A stretch of 64,000 nucleotides of DNA from Auanema rhodensis (taxonomy: Eukaryota; Animalia; Nematoda): NCBI GenBank assembly GCA_964057225.1, contig OZ059897.1, positions 17,794,001 to 17,858,000 on the forward strand, in the 5' to 3' direction. Positions 1-11,232 of this stretch are shown here, one piece after another (position 1 is the stretch's first letter; every line of letters starts with the position of its first letter). The notes under the pieces are model-generated. The model made no database searches. It worked only from the letters and a program-made list of their open reading frames with translations, and was not told the DNA's origin. The translations under genes were made by a program, and so were the position numbers.

Positions 1-35
1 TAGTTATGATCGTTTGAAAAATGATGCATTAGTGT

Positions 36-63
36 ATGTTGAGTTTCCATGTACACTCAACAT
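36..63. other. Inverted repeat I (9-bp perfect stem, 10-nt loop), present at this position in essentially every monomer
   Basis: ATGTTGAGT (36-44) is the reverse complement of ACTCAACAT (55-63). Confidence 0.9.
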
Positions 64-76
64 TGCTTCCAAAAAC

Positions 77-111
77 ATTTTGACAAAAATTTTTTCGAAA
101 AATTTCAAAAT
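77..111. other. Imperfect AT-rich palindrome II centred on TTTTTCGAAAAA
   Basis: Perfect 12-bp palindrome at 91-102, with outer arms ATTTTGA (77-83) and TCAAAAT (105-111). Confidence 0.75.
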
Positions 112-213
112 AATTTTGCAAAAAGTAGATGTTTTCAGATTTCTTTTTTCAAGGCAAAGACGATGGACAATGTTATTCAACGAAAAAATTAATTCTTCAG
201 GGTGAAAATCGAG

Positions 214-235
214 GATATAAGTGTGAACTTATATC
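214..235. other. Inverted repeat III (9-bp perfect stem, GTGA 4-nt loop)
   Basis: GATATAAGT (214-222), loop GTGA, then ACTTATATC (227-235). Confidence 0.9.
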
Positions 236-245
236 AGTTGATATA

Positions 246-312
246 TCGGTGCATTTTTAAGCTAGCGCAAATCTGATAACACAGATCGACGCAGCTTAAA
301 AATCCGCATCGA
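246..312. other. Long imperfect hairpin IV (about 67 nt)
   Basis: Nested arms: TCGGTGC (246-252) / GCATCGA (306-312, one G-T pair); ATTTTTAAGCT (253-263) / AGCTTAAAAAT (293-303, perfect 11 bp); GCG (265-267) / CGC (290-292); ATCTG (271-275) / CAGAT (282-286); loop ATAACA. Confidence 0.85.
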
Positions 313-3300
313 ATGCACTATACTACATTGAGAAACGCTTAATACAAAAATTAGTTATGATCGTTTGAAAAATGATGCATTAGTGTATGTTGAGTTTCCA
401 TGTACACTCAACATTGCTTCCAAAAACATTTTGACAAAAATTTTTTCGAAAAATTTCAAAATAATTTTGCAAAAAGTAGATGTTTTCAGATTTCTTTTTT
501 CAAGGCAAAGACGATGGACAAAGTTATTCAACGAAAAAATTAATTCTTCAGGGTGAAAATCGAGGATATAAGTGTGAACTTATATCAGTTGATATCTCGG
601 TGCATTTTTAAGCTAGCGCAAATCTGATAACACAGATCGACGCAGCTCAAAAATCCGCATCGAATGCACTGCACTACATTGAGAAACGCTTAATTCAAAA
701 GTTAGTTATGATCGTTTGAAAAATGATGCATTAGTGTATGTTGAGTTTCCATGTACACTCAACATTGCTTCCAAAAACATTTTGACAAAAATTTTTTCGA
801 AAAATTTCAAAATAATTTAACAAAAAGTACATTTTTGTAGGTTCCTTTTTTCAAGGCAAAGACGATGGACAATGTTATTCAACGAAAAAATTAATTCTTC
901 AGGGTGAAAATCGAGGATATAAGTGTGAACTTATATCAGTTGATATCTCGGTGCATTTTTAAGCTAGCGCAAATCTGATAACACAGATCGACGCAGCTCA
1001 AAAATCCGCATCGAATGCACTGCACTACATTGAGAAACGCTTAATTCAAAAGTTAGTTATGATCGTTTGAAAAATGATGCATTAGTGTATGTTGAGTTTC
1101 CATGTACACTCAACATTGCTTCCAAAAACATTTTGACAAAAACTTTTTCGAAAAATTTCAAAATAATTTAACAAAAAGTACATTTTTGTAGGTTCCTTTT
1201 TTCAAGGCAAAGACGATGGACAATGTTATTCAACGAAAAAATTAATTCTTCAGGGTGAAAATCGAGGATATAAGTGTGAACTTATATCAGTTGATATCTC
1301 GGTGCATTTTTAAGCTAGCGCAAATCTGATAACACAGATCGACGCAGCTTAAAAATCCGCATCGAATGCACTGCACTACATTGAGAAACACTTAATACAA
1401 AAATTAGTTATGATCGTTTGAAAAATGATGCATTAGTGTATGTTGAGTTTCCATGTACACTCAACATTGCTTCCAAAAACATTTTGACAAAAATTTTTTC
1501 GAAAAATTTCAAAATAATTTAGCAAAAAGTAGATGTTTTTAGATTCCTTTTTTCAAGGCAAAGACGATGGACAATGTTATTCAACGAAAAAATTAATTCT
1601 TCAGGGTGAAAATCGAGGATATAAGTGTGAACTTATATCAGTTGATATCTCGGTGCATTTTTAAGCTAGCGCAAATCTAATAACACAGATCGACGCAACT
1701 TAAAAATCCGCATCAAATGCACTATACTACATTGAGAAACGCTTAATACAAAAATTAGTTATGATCGTTTGAAAAATGATGCATTAGTGTATGTTGAGTT
1801 TCCATGTACACTCAACATTGCTTCCAAAAACATTTTGACAAAAATTTTTTCGAAAAATTTCAAAATAATTTAGCAAAAAGTAGATGTTTTTAGATTCCTT
1901 TTTTCAAGGCAAAGACGATGGACAATGTTATTCAACGAAAAAATTAATTCTTCAGGGTGCAAATCGAGGATATAAGTGTGAACTTATATCAGTTGATATC
2001 TCGGTGCATTTTTAAGCTAGCGCAAATCTGATAACACAGATCGACGCAGCTCAAAAATCCGCATCGAATGCACTGCACTACATTGAGAAACACTTAATAC
2101 AAAAATTAGTTATGATCGTTTGAAAAATGATGCATTAGTGTATGTTGAGTTTCCATGTACACTCAACATTGCTTCCAAAAACATTTTGACAAAAATTTTT
2201 TCGAAAAATTTCAAAATAATTTAGCAAAAAGTAGATGTTTTTAGATTCCTTTTTTCAAGGCAAAGACGATGGACAATGTTATTCAACGAAAAAATTAATT
2301 CTTCAGGGTGAAAATCGAGGATATAAGTGTGAACTTATATCAGTTGATATCTCGGTGCATTTTTAAGCTAGCGCAAATCTGATAACACAGATCGACGCAG
2401 CTCAAAAATCCGCATCGAATGCACTGCACTACATTGAGAAACGCTTAATTCAAAAGTTAGTTATGATCGTTTGAAAAATGATGCATTAGTGTATGTTGAG
2501 TTTCCATGTACACTCAACATTGCTTCCAAAAACATTTTGACAAAAATTTTTTCGAAAAATTTCAAAATAATTTTGCAAAAAGTAGATGTTTTCAGATTTC
2601 TTTTTTCAAGGCAAAGACGATGGACAATGTTATTCAACGAAAAAATTAATTCTTCAGGGTGAAAATCGAGGATATAAGTGTGAACTTATATCAGTTGATA
2701 TCTCGGTGCATTTTTAAGCTAGCGCAAATCTGATAACACAGATCGACGCAGCTCAAAAATCCGCATCGAATGCACTGCACTACATTGAGAAACGCTTAAT
2801 TCAAAAGTTAGTTATGATCGTTTGAAAAATGATGCATTAGTGTATGTTGAGTTTCCATGTACACTCAACATTGCTTCCAAAAACATTTTGACAAAAATTT
2901 TTTCGAAAAATTTCAAAATAATTTTGCAAAAAGTAGATGTTTTCAGATTTCTTTTTTCAAGGCAAAGACGATGGACAATGTTATTCAACAAAAAAATTAA
3001 TTCTTCAGGGTGAAAATCGAGGATATAAGTGTGAACTTATATCAGTTGATATCTCGGTGCATTTTTAAGCTAGCGCAAATCTGATAACACAGATCGACGC
3101 AGCTCAAAAATCCGCATCGAATGCACTGCACTACATTGAGAAACGCTTAATTCAAAAGTTAGTTATGATCGTTTGAAAAATGATGCATTAGTGTATGTTG
3201 AGTTTCCATGTACACTCAACATTGCTTCCAAAAACATTTTGACAAAAATTTTTTCGAAAAATTTCAAAATAATTTTGCAAAAAGTAGATGTTTTCAGATT

Positions 3301-3315
3301 TCTTTTTTCAAGGCA

Positions 3316-6300
3316 AAGACGATGGACAATGTTATTCAACGAAAAAATTAATTCTTCAGGGTGAAAATCGAGGATATAAGTGTGAACTTATATCAGTTGA
3401 TATCTCGGTGCATTTTTAAGCTAGCGCAAATCTAATAACACAGATCGACGCAGCTTAAAAATCCGCATCAAATGCACTATACTACATTGAGAAACGCTTA
3501 ATACAAAAATTAGTTATGATCGTTTGAAAAATGATGCATTAGTGTATGTTGAGTTTCCATGTACACTCAACATTGCTTCCAAAAACATTTTGACAAAAAT
3601 TTTTTCGAAAAATTTCAAAATAATTTAGCAAAAAGTAGATGTTTTTAGATTCCTTTTTTCAAGGCAAAGACGATGGACAATGTTATTCAACGAAAAAATT
3701 AATTCTTCAGGGTGAAAATCGAGGATATAAGTGTGAACTTATATCAGTTGATATCTCGGTGCATTTTTAAGCTAGCGCAAATCTGATAACACAGATCGAC
3801 GCAGCTCAAAAATCCGCATCGAATGCACTATACTACATTGAGAAACGCTTAATACAAAAATTAGTTATGATCGTTTGAAAAATGATGCATTAGTGTATGT
3901 TGAGTTTCCATGTACACTCAACATTGCTTCCAAAAACAGTTTGACAAAAATTTTTTCGAAAAATTTCAGAATAATTTAGCAAAAAGTAGATGTTTTTAGA
4001 TTCCTTTTTTCAAGGCAAAGACGATGGACAATGTTATTCAACGAAAAAATTAATTCTTCAGGGTGAAAATCGAGGATATAAGTGTGAACTTATATCAGTT
4101 GATATCTCGGTGCATTTTTAAGCTAGCGCAAATCTGATAACACAGATCGACGCAGCTTAAAAATCCGCATCGAATTCACTATACTACATTGAGAAACGCT
4201 TAATACAAAAATTAGTTATGATCGTTTGAAAAATGATGCATTAGTGTATGTTGAGTTTCCATGTACACTCAACATTGCTTCCAAAAACATTTTGACAAAA
4301 ATTTTTTCGAAAAATTTCAAGATAATTCAGCAAAAAGTAGATGTTTTTAGATTCCATTTTTCAAGGCAAAGACGATGGACAATGTTATTCAACGAAAAAA
4401 GTAATTCTTCAGGGTGAAAATCGAGGATATAAGTGTGAACTTATATCAGTTGATATCTCGGTGCATTTTTAAGCTAGCGCAAATCTGATAACACAGATCG
4501 ACGCAGCTCAAAAATCCGCATCGAATGCACTATACTACATTGAGAAACGCTTAATACAAAAATTAGTTATGATCGTTTGAAAAATGATGCATTAGTGTAT
4601 GTTGAGTTTCCATGTACACTCAACATTGCTTCCAAAAACAGTTTGACAAAAATTTTTTCGAAAAATTTCAGAATAATTTAGCAAAAAGTAGATGTTTTTA
4701 GATTCCTTTTTTCAAGGCAAAGACGATGGACAATGTTATTCAACGAAAAAATTAATTCTTCAGGGTGAAAATCGAGGATATAAGTGTGAACTTATATCAG
4801 TTGATATCTTGGTGCATTTTTAAGCTAGCGCAAATCTGATAACACAGATCGACGCAGCTTAAAAATCCGCATCGAATTCACTATACTACATTGAGAAACG
4901 CTTAATACAAAAATTAGTTATGATCGTTTGAAAAATGATGCATTAGTGTATGTTGAGTTTCCATGTACACTCAACATTGCTTCCAAAAACATTTTGACAA
5001 AAATTTTTTCGAAAAATTTCAAGATAATTCAGCAAAAAGTAGATGTTTTTAGATTCCATTTTTCAAGGCAAAGACGATGGACAATGTTATTCAACGAAAA
5101 AAGTAATTCTTCAGGGTGAAAATCGAGGATATAAGTGTGAACTTATATCAGTTGATATCTCGGTGCATTTTTAAGCTAGCGCAAATCTGATAACACAGAT
5201 CGACGCAGCTTAAAAATCCGCATCGAATGCACTATACTACATTGAGAAACGCTTAATACAAAAATTAGTTATAATCGTTTGAAAAATGATGCATTAGTGT
5301 ATGTTGAGTTTCCATGTACACTCAACATTGCTTCCAAAAACATTTTGACAAAAATTTTTTCGAAAAATTTCGAAATAATTTAGCAAAAAGTAGATGTTTT
5401 TAGATTCCATTTTCCAAGGCGAAGACGATGGACAATGTTATTCAACGAAAAAATTAATTCTTCAGGGTGAAAATCGAGGATATAAGTGTGAACTTATATC
5501 AGTTGATATCTCGGTGCATTTTTAAGCTAGCGCAAATCTAATAACACAGATCGACGCAGCTTAAAAATCCGCATCAAATGCACTATACTACATTGAGAAA
5601 CGCTTAATACAAAAATTAGTTATGATCGTTTGAAAAATGATGCATTAGTGTATGTTGAGTTTCCATGTACACTCAACATTGCTTCCAAAAACATTTTGAC
5701 AAAAATTTTTTCGAAAAATTTCAAAATAATTTAGCAAAAAGTAGATGTTTTTAGATTCCTTTTTTCAAGGCAAAGACGATGGACAATGTTATTCAACGAA
5801 AAAATTAATTCTTCAGGGTGAAAATCGAGGATATAAGTGTGAACTTATATCAGTTGATATCTCGGTGCATTTTTAAGCTAGCGCAAATCTGATAACACAG
5901 ATCGACGCAGCTCAAAAATCCGCATCGAATGCACTATACTACATTGAGAAACGCTTAATACAAAAATTAGTTATGATCGTTTGAAAAATGATGCATTAGT
6001 GTATGTTGAGTTTCCATGTACACTCAACATTGCTTCCAAAAACAGTTTGACAAAAATTTTTTCGAAAAATTTCAGAATAATTTAGCAAAAAGTAGATGTT
6101 TTTAGATTCCTTTTTTCAAGGCAAAGACGATGGACAATGTTATTCAACGAAAAAATTAATTCTTCAGGGTGAAAATCGAGGATATAAGTGTGAACTTATA
6201 TCAGTTGATATCTCGGTGCATTTTCAAGCTAGCGCAAATCTGATAACACAGATCGACGCAGCTTAAAAATCCGCATCGAATTCACTATACTACATTGAGA

Positions 6301-7645
6301 AACGCTTAATACAAAAATTAGTTATGATCGTTTGAAAAATGATGCATTAGTGTATGTTGAGTTTCCATGTACACTCAACATTGCTTCCAAAAACATTTTG
6401 ACAAAAATTTTTTCGAAAAATTTCAAGATAATTCAGCAAAAAGTAGATGTTTTTAGATTCCATTTTTCAAGGCAAAGACGATGGACAATGTTATTCAACG
6501 AAAAAAGTAATTCTTCAGGGTGAAAATCGAGGATATAAGTGTGAACTTATATCAGTTGATATCTCGGTGCATTTTTAAGCTAGCGCAAATCTGATAACAC
6601 AGATCGACGCAGCTCAAAAATCCGCATCGAATGCACTATACTACATTGAGAAACGCTTAATACAAAAATTAGTTATGATCGTTTGAAAAATGATGCATTA
6701 GTGTATGTTGAGTTTCCATGTACACTCAACATTGCTTCCAAAAACAGTTTGACAAAAATTTTTTCGAAAAATTTCAGAATAATTTAGCAAAAAGTAGATG
6801 TTTTTAGATTCCTTTTTTCAAGGCAAAGACGATGGACAATGTTATTCAACGAAAAAATTAATTCTTCAGGGTGAAAATCGAGGATATAAGTGTGAACTTA
6901 TATCAGTTGATATCTTGGTGCATTTTTAAGCTAGCGCAAATCTGATAACACAGATCGACGCAGCTTAAAAATCCGCATCGAATTCACTATACTACATTGA
7001 GAAACGCTTAATACAAAAATTAGTTATGATCGTTTGAAAAATGATGCATTAGTGTATGTTGAGTTTCCATGTACACTCAACATTGCTTCCAAAAACATTT
7101 TGACAAAAATTTTTTCGAAAAATTTCAAGATAATTCAGCAAAAAGTAGATGTTTTTAGATTCCATTTTTCAAGGCAAAGACGATGGACAATGTTATTCAA
7201 CGAAAAAAGTAATTCTTCAGGGTGAAAATCGAGGATATAAGTGTGAACTTATATCAGTTGATATCTCGGTGCATTTTTAAGCTAGCGCAAATCTGATAAC
7301 ACAGATCGACGCAGCTTAAAAATCCGCATCGAATGCACTATACTACATTGAGAAACGCTTAATACAAAAATTAGTTATAATCGTTTGAAAAATGATGCAT
7401 TAGTGTATGTTGAGTTTCCATGTACACTCAACATTGCTTCCAAAAACATTTTGACAAAAATTTTTTCGAAAAATTTCGAAATAATTTAGCAAAAAGTAGA
7501 TGTTTTTAGATTCCATTTTCCAAGGCGAAGACGATGGACAATGTTATTCAACGAAAAAATTAATTCTTCAGGGTGAAAATCGAGGATATAAGTGTGAACT
7601 TATATCAGTTGATATCTCGGTGCATTTTTAAGCTAGCGCAAATCT
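3316..7645. repeat. Tandem duplication of a 6-monomer block (period 2106 bp), mid-M10 to mid-M22
   Basis: Variant order in M11-M15 is repeated in M17-M21 (CAGTTT/CAGAA monomers alternating with CAAGATAATTCAG monomers). G107 occurs at 5372 and 7478. Confidence 0.9.
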
Positions 7646-10600
7646 GATAACACAGATCGACGCAGCTTAAAAATCCGCATCGAATGCACTATACTACATT
7701 GAGAAACGCTTAATACAAAAATTAGTTATAATCGTTTGAAAAATGATGCATTAGTGTATGTTGAGTTTCCATGTACACTCAACATTGCTTCCAAAAACAT
7801 TTTGACAAAAATTTTTTCGAAAAATTTCGAAATAATTTAGCAAAAAGTAGATGTTTTTAGATTCCATTTTCCAAGGCGAAGACGATGGACAATGTTATTC
7901 AACGAAAAAATTAATTCTTCAGGGTGAAAATCGAGGATATAAGTGTGAACTTATATCAGTTGATATCTCGGTGCATTTTTAAGCTAGCGCAAATCTGATA
8001 ACACAGATCGACGCAGCTTAAAAATCCGCATCGAATGCACTATACTACATTGAGAAACGCTTAATACAAAAATTAGTTATGATCGTTTGAAAAATGATGC
8101 ATTAGTGTATGTTGAGTTTCCATGTACACTCAACATTGCTTCCAAAAAAATTTTGACAAAAATTTTTTCGAAAAATTTCAAAATAATTTAGCAAAAAGTA
8201 GATGTTTTTAGATTTCTTTTTTCAAGGCAAAGACGATGGACAATGTTATTCAACGAAAAAATTAATTCTTCAGGGTGAAAATCGAGGATATAAGTGTGAA
8301 CTTATATCAGTTGATATATCGGTGCATTTTTAAGCTAGCGCAAATCTGATAACACAGATCGACGCAGCTTAAAAATCCGCATCGAATGCACTATACTACA
8401 TTGAGAAACGCTTAATACAAAAATTAGTTATGATCGTTTGAAAAATGATGCATTAGTGTATGTTGAGTTTCCATGTACACTCAACATTGCTTCCAAAAAC
8501 ATTTTGACAAAAATTTTTTCGAAAAATTTCAAAATAATTTTGCAAAAAGTAGATGTTTTCAGATTTCTTTTTTCAAGGCAAAGACGATGGACAATGTTAT
8601 TCAACAAAAAAATTAATTCTTCAGGGTGAAAATCGAGGATATAAGTGTGAACTTATATCAGTTGATATCTCGGTGCATTTTTAAGCTAGCGCAAATCTAA
8701 TAACACAGATCGACGCAGCTTAAAAATCCGCATCAAATGCACTATACTACATTGAGAAACGCTTAATACAAAAATTAGTTATGATCGTTTGAAAAATGAT
8801 GCATTAGTGTATGTTGAGTTTCCATGTACACTCAACATTGCTTCCAAAAACATTTTGACAAAAATTTTTTCGAAAAATTTCAAAATAATTTAGCAAAAAG
8901 TAGATGTTTTTAGATTCCATTTTTCAAGGCAAAGACGATGGACAATGTTATTCAACGAAAAAATTAATTCTTCAGGGTGAAAATCGAGGATATAAGTGTG
9001 AACTTATATCAGTTGATATCTTGGTGCATTTTTAAGCTAGCGCAAATCTGATAACACAGATCGACGCAGCTTAAAAATCCGCATCGAATTCACTATACTA
9101 CATTGAGAAACGCTTAATACAAAAATTAGTTATGATCGTTTGAAAAATGATGCATTAGTGTATGTTGAGTTTCCATGTACACTCAACATTGCTTCCAAAA
9201 ACATTTTGACAAAAATTTTTTCGAAAAATTTCAAGATAATTCAGCAAAAAGTAGATGTTTTTAGATTCCATTTTTCAAGGCAAAGACGATGGACAATGTT
9301 ATTCAACGAAAAAAGTAATTCTTCAGGGTGAAAATCGAGGATATAAGTGTGAACTTATATCAGTTGATATCTCGGTGCATTTTTAAGCTAGCGCAAATCT
9401 GATAACACAGATCGACGCAGCTTAAAAATCCGCATCGAATGCACTATACTACATCGAGAAACGCTTAATACAAAAATTAGTTATAATCGTTTGAAAAATG
9501 ATGCATTAGTGTATGTTGAGTTTCCATGTACACTCAACATTGCTTCCAAAAACATTTTGACAAAAATTTTTTCGAAAAATTTCAAAATAATTTAGCAAAA
9601 AGTAGATGTTTTTAGATTCCATTTTTCAAGGCAAAGACGATGGACAATGTTATTCAACGAAAAAATTAATTCTTCAGGGTGAAAATCGAGGATATAAGTG
9701 TGAACTTATATCAGTTGATATCTCGGTGCATTTTTAAGCTAGCGCAAATCTGATAACACAGATCGACGCAGCTTAAAAATCCGCATCGAATTCACTATAC
9801 TACATTGAGAAACGCTCAATACAAAAATTAGTTATAATCGTTTGAAAAATGATGCATTAGTGTATGTTGAGTTTCCATGTACACTCAACATTGCTTCCAA
9901 AAACATTTTGACAAAAATTTTTTCGAAAAATTTCAAAATAATTTAGCAAAAAGTAGATGTTTTTAGATTCCATTTTCCAAGGCGAAGACGATGGACAATG
10001 TTATTCAACGAAAAAATTAATTCTTCAGGGTGAAAATCGAGGATATAAGTGTGAACTTATATCAGTTGATATCTCGGTGCATTTTTAAGCTAGCGCAAAT
10101 CTGATAACACAGATCGACGCAGCTTAAAAATCCGCATCGAATGCACTATACTACATTGAGAAACGCTTAATACAAAAATTAGTTATGATCGTTTGAAAAA
10201 TGATGCATTAGTGTATGTTGAGTTTCCATGTACACTCAACATTGCTTCCAAAAACATTTTGACAAAAATTTTTTCGAAAAATTTCAAAATAATTTAGCAA
10301 AAAGTAGATGTTTTTAGATTCCTTTTTTCAAGGCAAAGACGATGGACAATGTTATTCAACGAAAAAATTAATTCTTCAGGGTGAAAATCGAGGATATAAG
10401 TGTGAACTTATATCAGTTGATATCTCGGTGCATTTTTAAGCTAGCGCAAATCTGATAACACAGATCGACGCAGCTTAAAAATCCGCATCGAATGCACTAT
10501 ACTACATTGAGAAACGCTTAATACAAAAATTAGTTATGATCGTTTGAAAAATGATGCATTAGTGTATGTTGAGTTTCCATGTACACTCAACATTGCTTCC

Positions 10601-11232
10601 AAAAACATTTTGACAAAAATTTTTTCAAAAAATTTCAGAATAATTTAGCAAAAAGTAGATGTTTTTAGATTCCTTTTTTCAAGGCAAAGACGATGGACAA
10701 TGTTATTCAACGAAAAAATTAATTCTTCAGGGTGAAAATCGAGGATATAAGTGTGAACTTATATCAGTTGATATCTTGGTGCATTTTTAAGCTAGCGCAA
10801 ATCTGATAACACAGATCGACGCAGCTTAAAAATCCGCATCGAATGCACTATACTACATTGAGAAACGCTTAATACAAAAATTAGTTATGATCGTTTGAAA
10901 AATGATGCATTAGTGTATGTTGAGTTTCCATGTACACTCAACATTGCTTCCAAAAACATTTTGACAAACATTTTTTCGAAAAATTTCAAAATAATTTAGC
11001 AAAAAGTAGATGTTTTTAGATTCCATTTTTCAAGGCAAAGACGATGGACAATGTTATTCAACGAAAAAAGTAATTCTTCAGGGTGAAAATCGAGGATATA
11101 AGTGTGAACTTATATCAGTTGATATCTCGGTGCATTTTTAAGCTAGCGCAAATCTGATAACACAGATCGACGCAGCTTAAAAATCCGCATCGAATGCACT
11201 ATACTACATTGAGAAACGCTTAATACAAAAAT

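Larger units (their letters stand above)
1..351. repeat. Representative monomer M1 (arbitrary phase)
   Basis: Bases 352-702 repeat it with a few substitutions. Hand count gives 57 G + 52 C in 351 bp (about 31% GC), many A4-6/T4-6 tracts and 12 CpG. Confidence 0.98.

Noticed and set aside
93-109. CENP-B box-like TTCGAAAAA
   Set aside because: It matches TTCGnnnnA but has TCAA where the essential CGGG should be.
1-114. Bacterial sigma70-like hexamers TTGACA (80-85) and TATAAT (pos 5-10 in A8 copies)
   Set aside because: They are not in -35/-10 arrangement with 16-18 bp spacing, there is no downstream gene, and such hexamers are expected by chance in AT-rich DNA.
214-265. Helitron 3' end (hairpin followed by CTAG at 262-265)
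   Set aside because: The hairpin is AT-rich and about 26 nt from the CTAG, rather than GC-rich and about 10-12 nt away, and no element boundaries are visible.
140-290. Hammerhead ribozyme or retrozyme, considered because some 300-400 bp animal tandem repeats carry one: CTGAAGA on the - strand (194-200) and CTGATAA on the + strand (273-279)
   Set aside because: The - strand CUGAAGA is not followed by a stem II closing onto GAAA, and the + strand motif lacks the conserved G of CUGANGA. I could not build a three-way junction by eye; an Infernal/Rfam scan would settle it.
1-351. Assignment to Drosophila 1.688 (359-bp) or Tribolium ~360-bp satellite families
   Set aside because: Only length and AT content are similar. 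I recognise no sequence identity, so no family name is given.
14-9331. Eleven copies of a 63-aa ORF (MKNDALVYVEF...)
   Set aside because: It starts at TTG, has no recognisable domain and has a K/F/N/I-rich composition that reflects the A/T tracts. Codon 35 (pos 116-118) is a stop (TAG, or TAA in M3-4) in the other copies, so it is open only through incidental variants.
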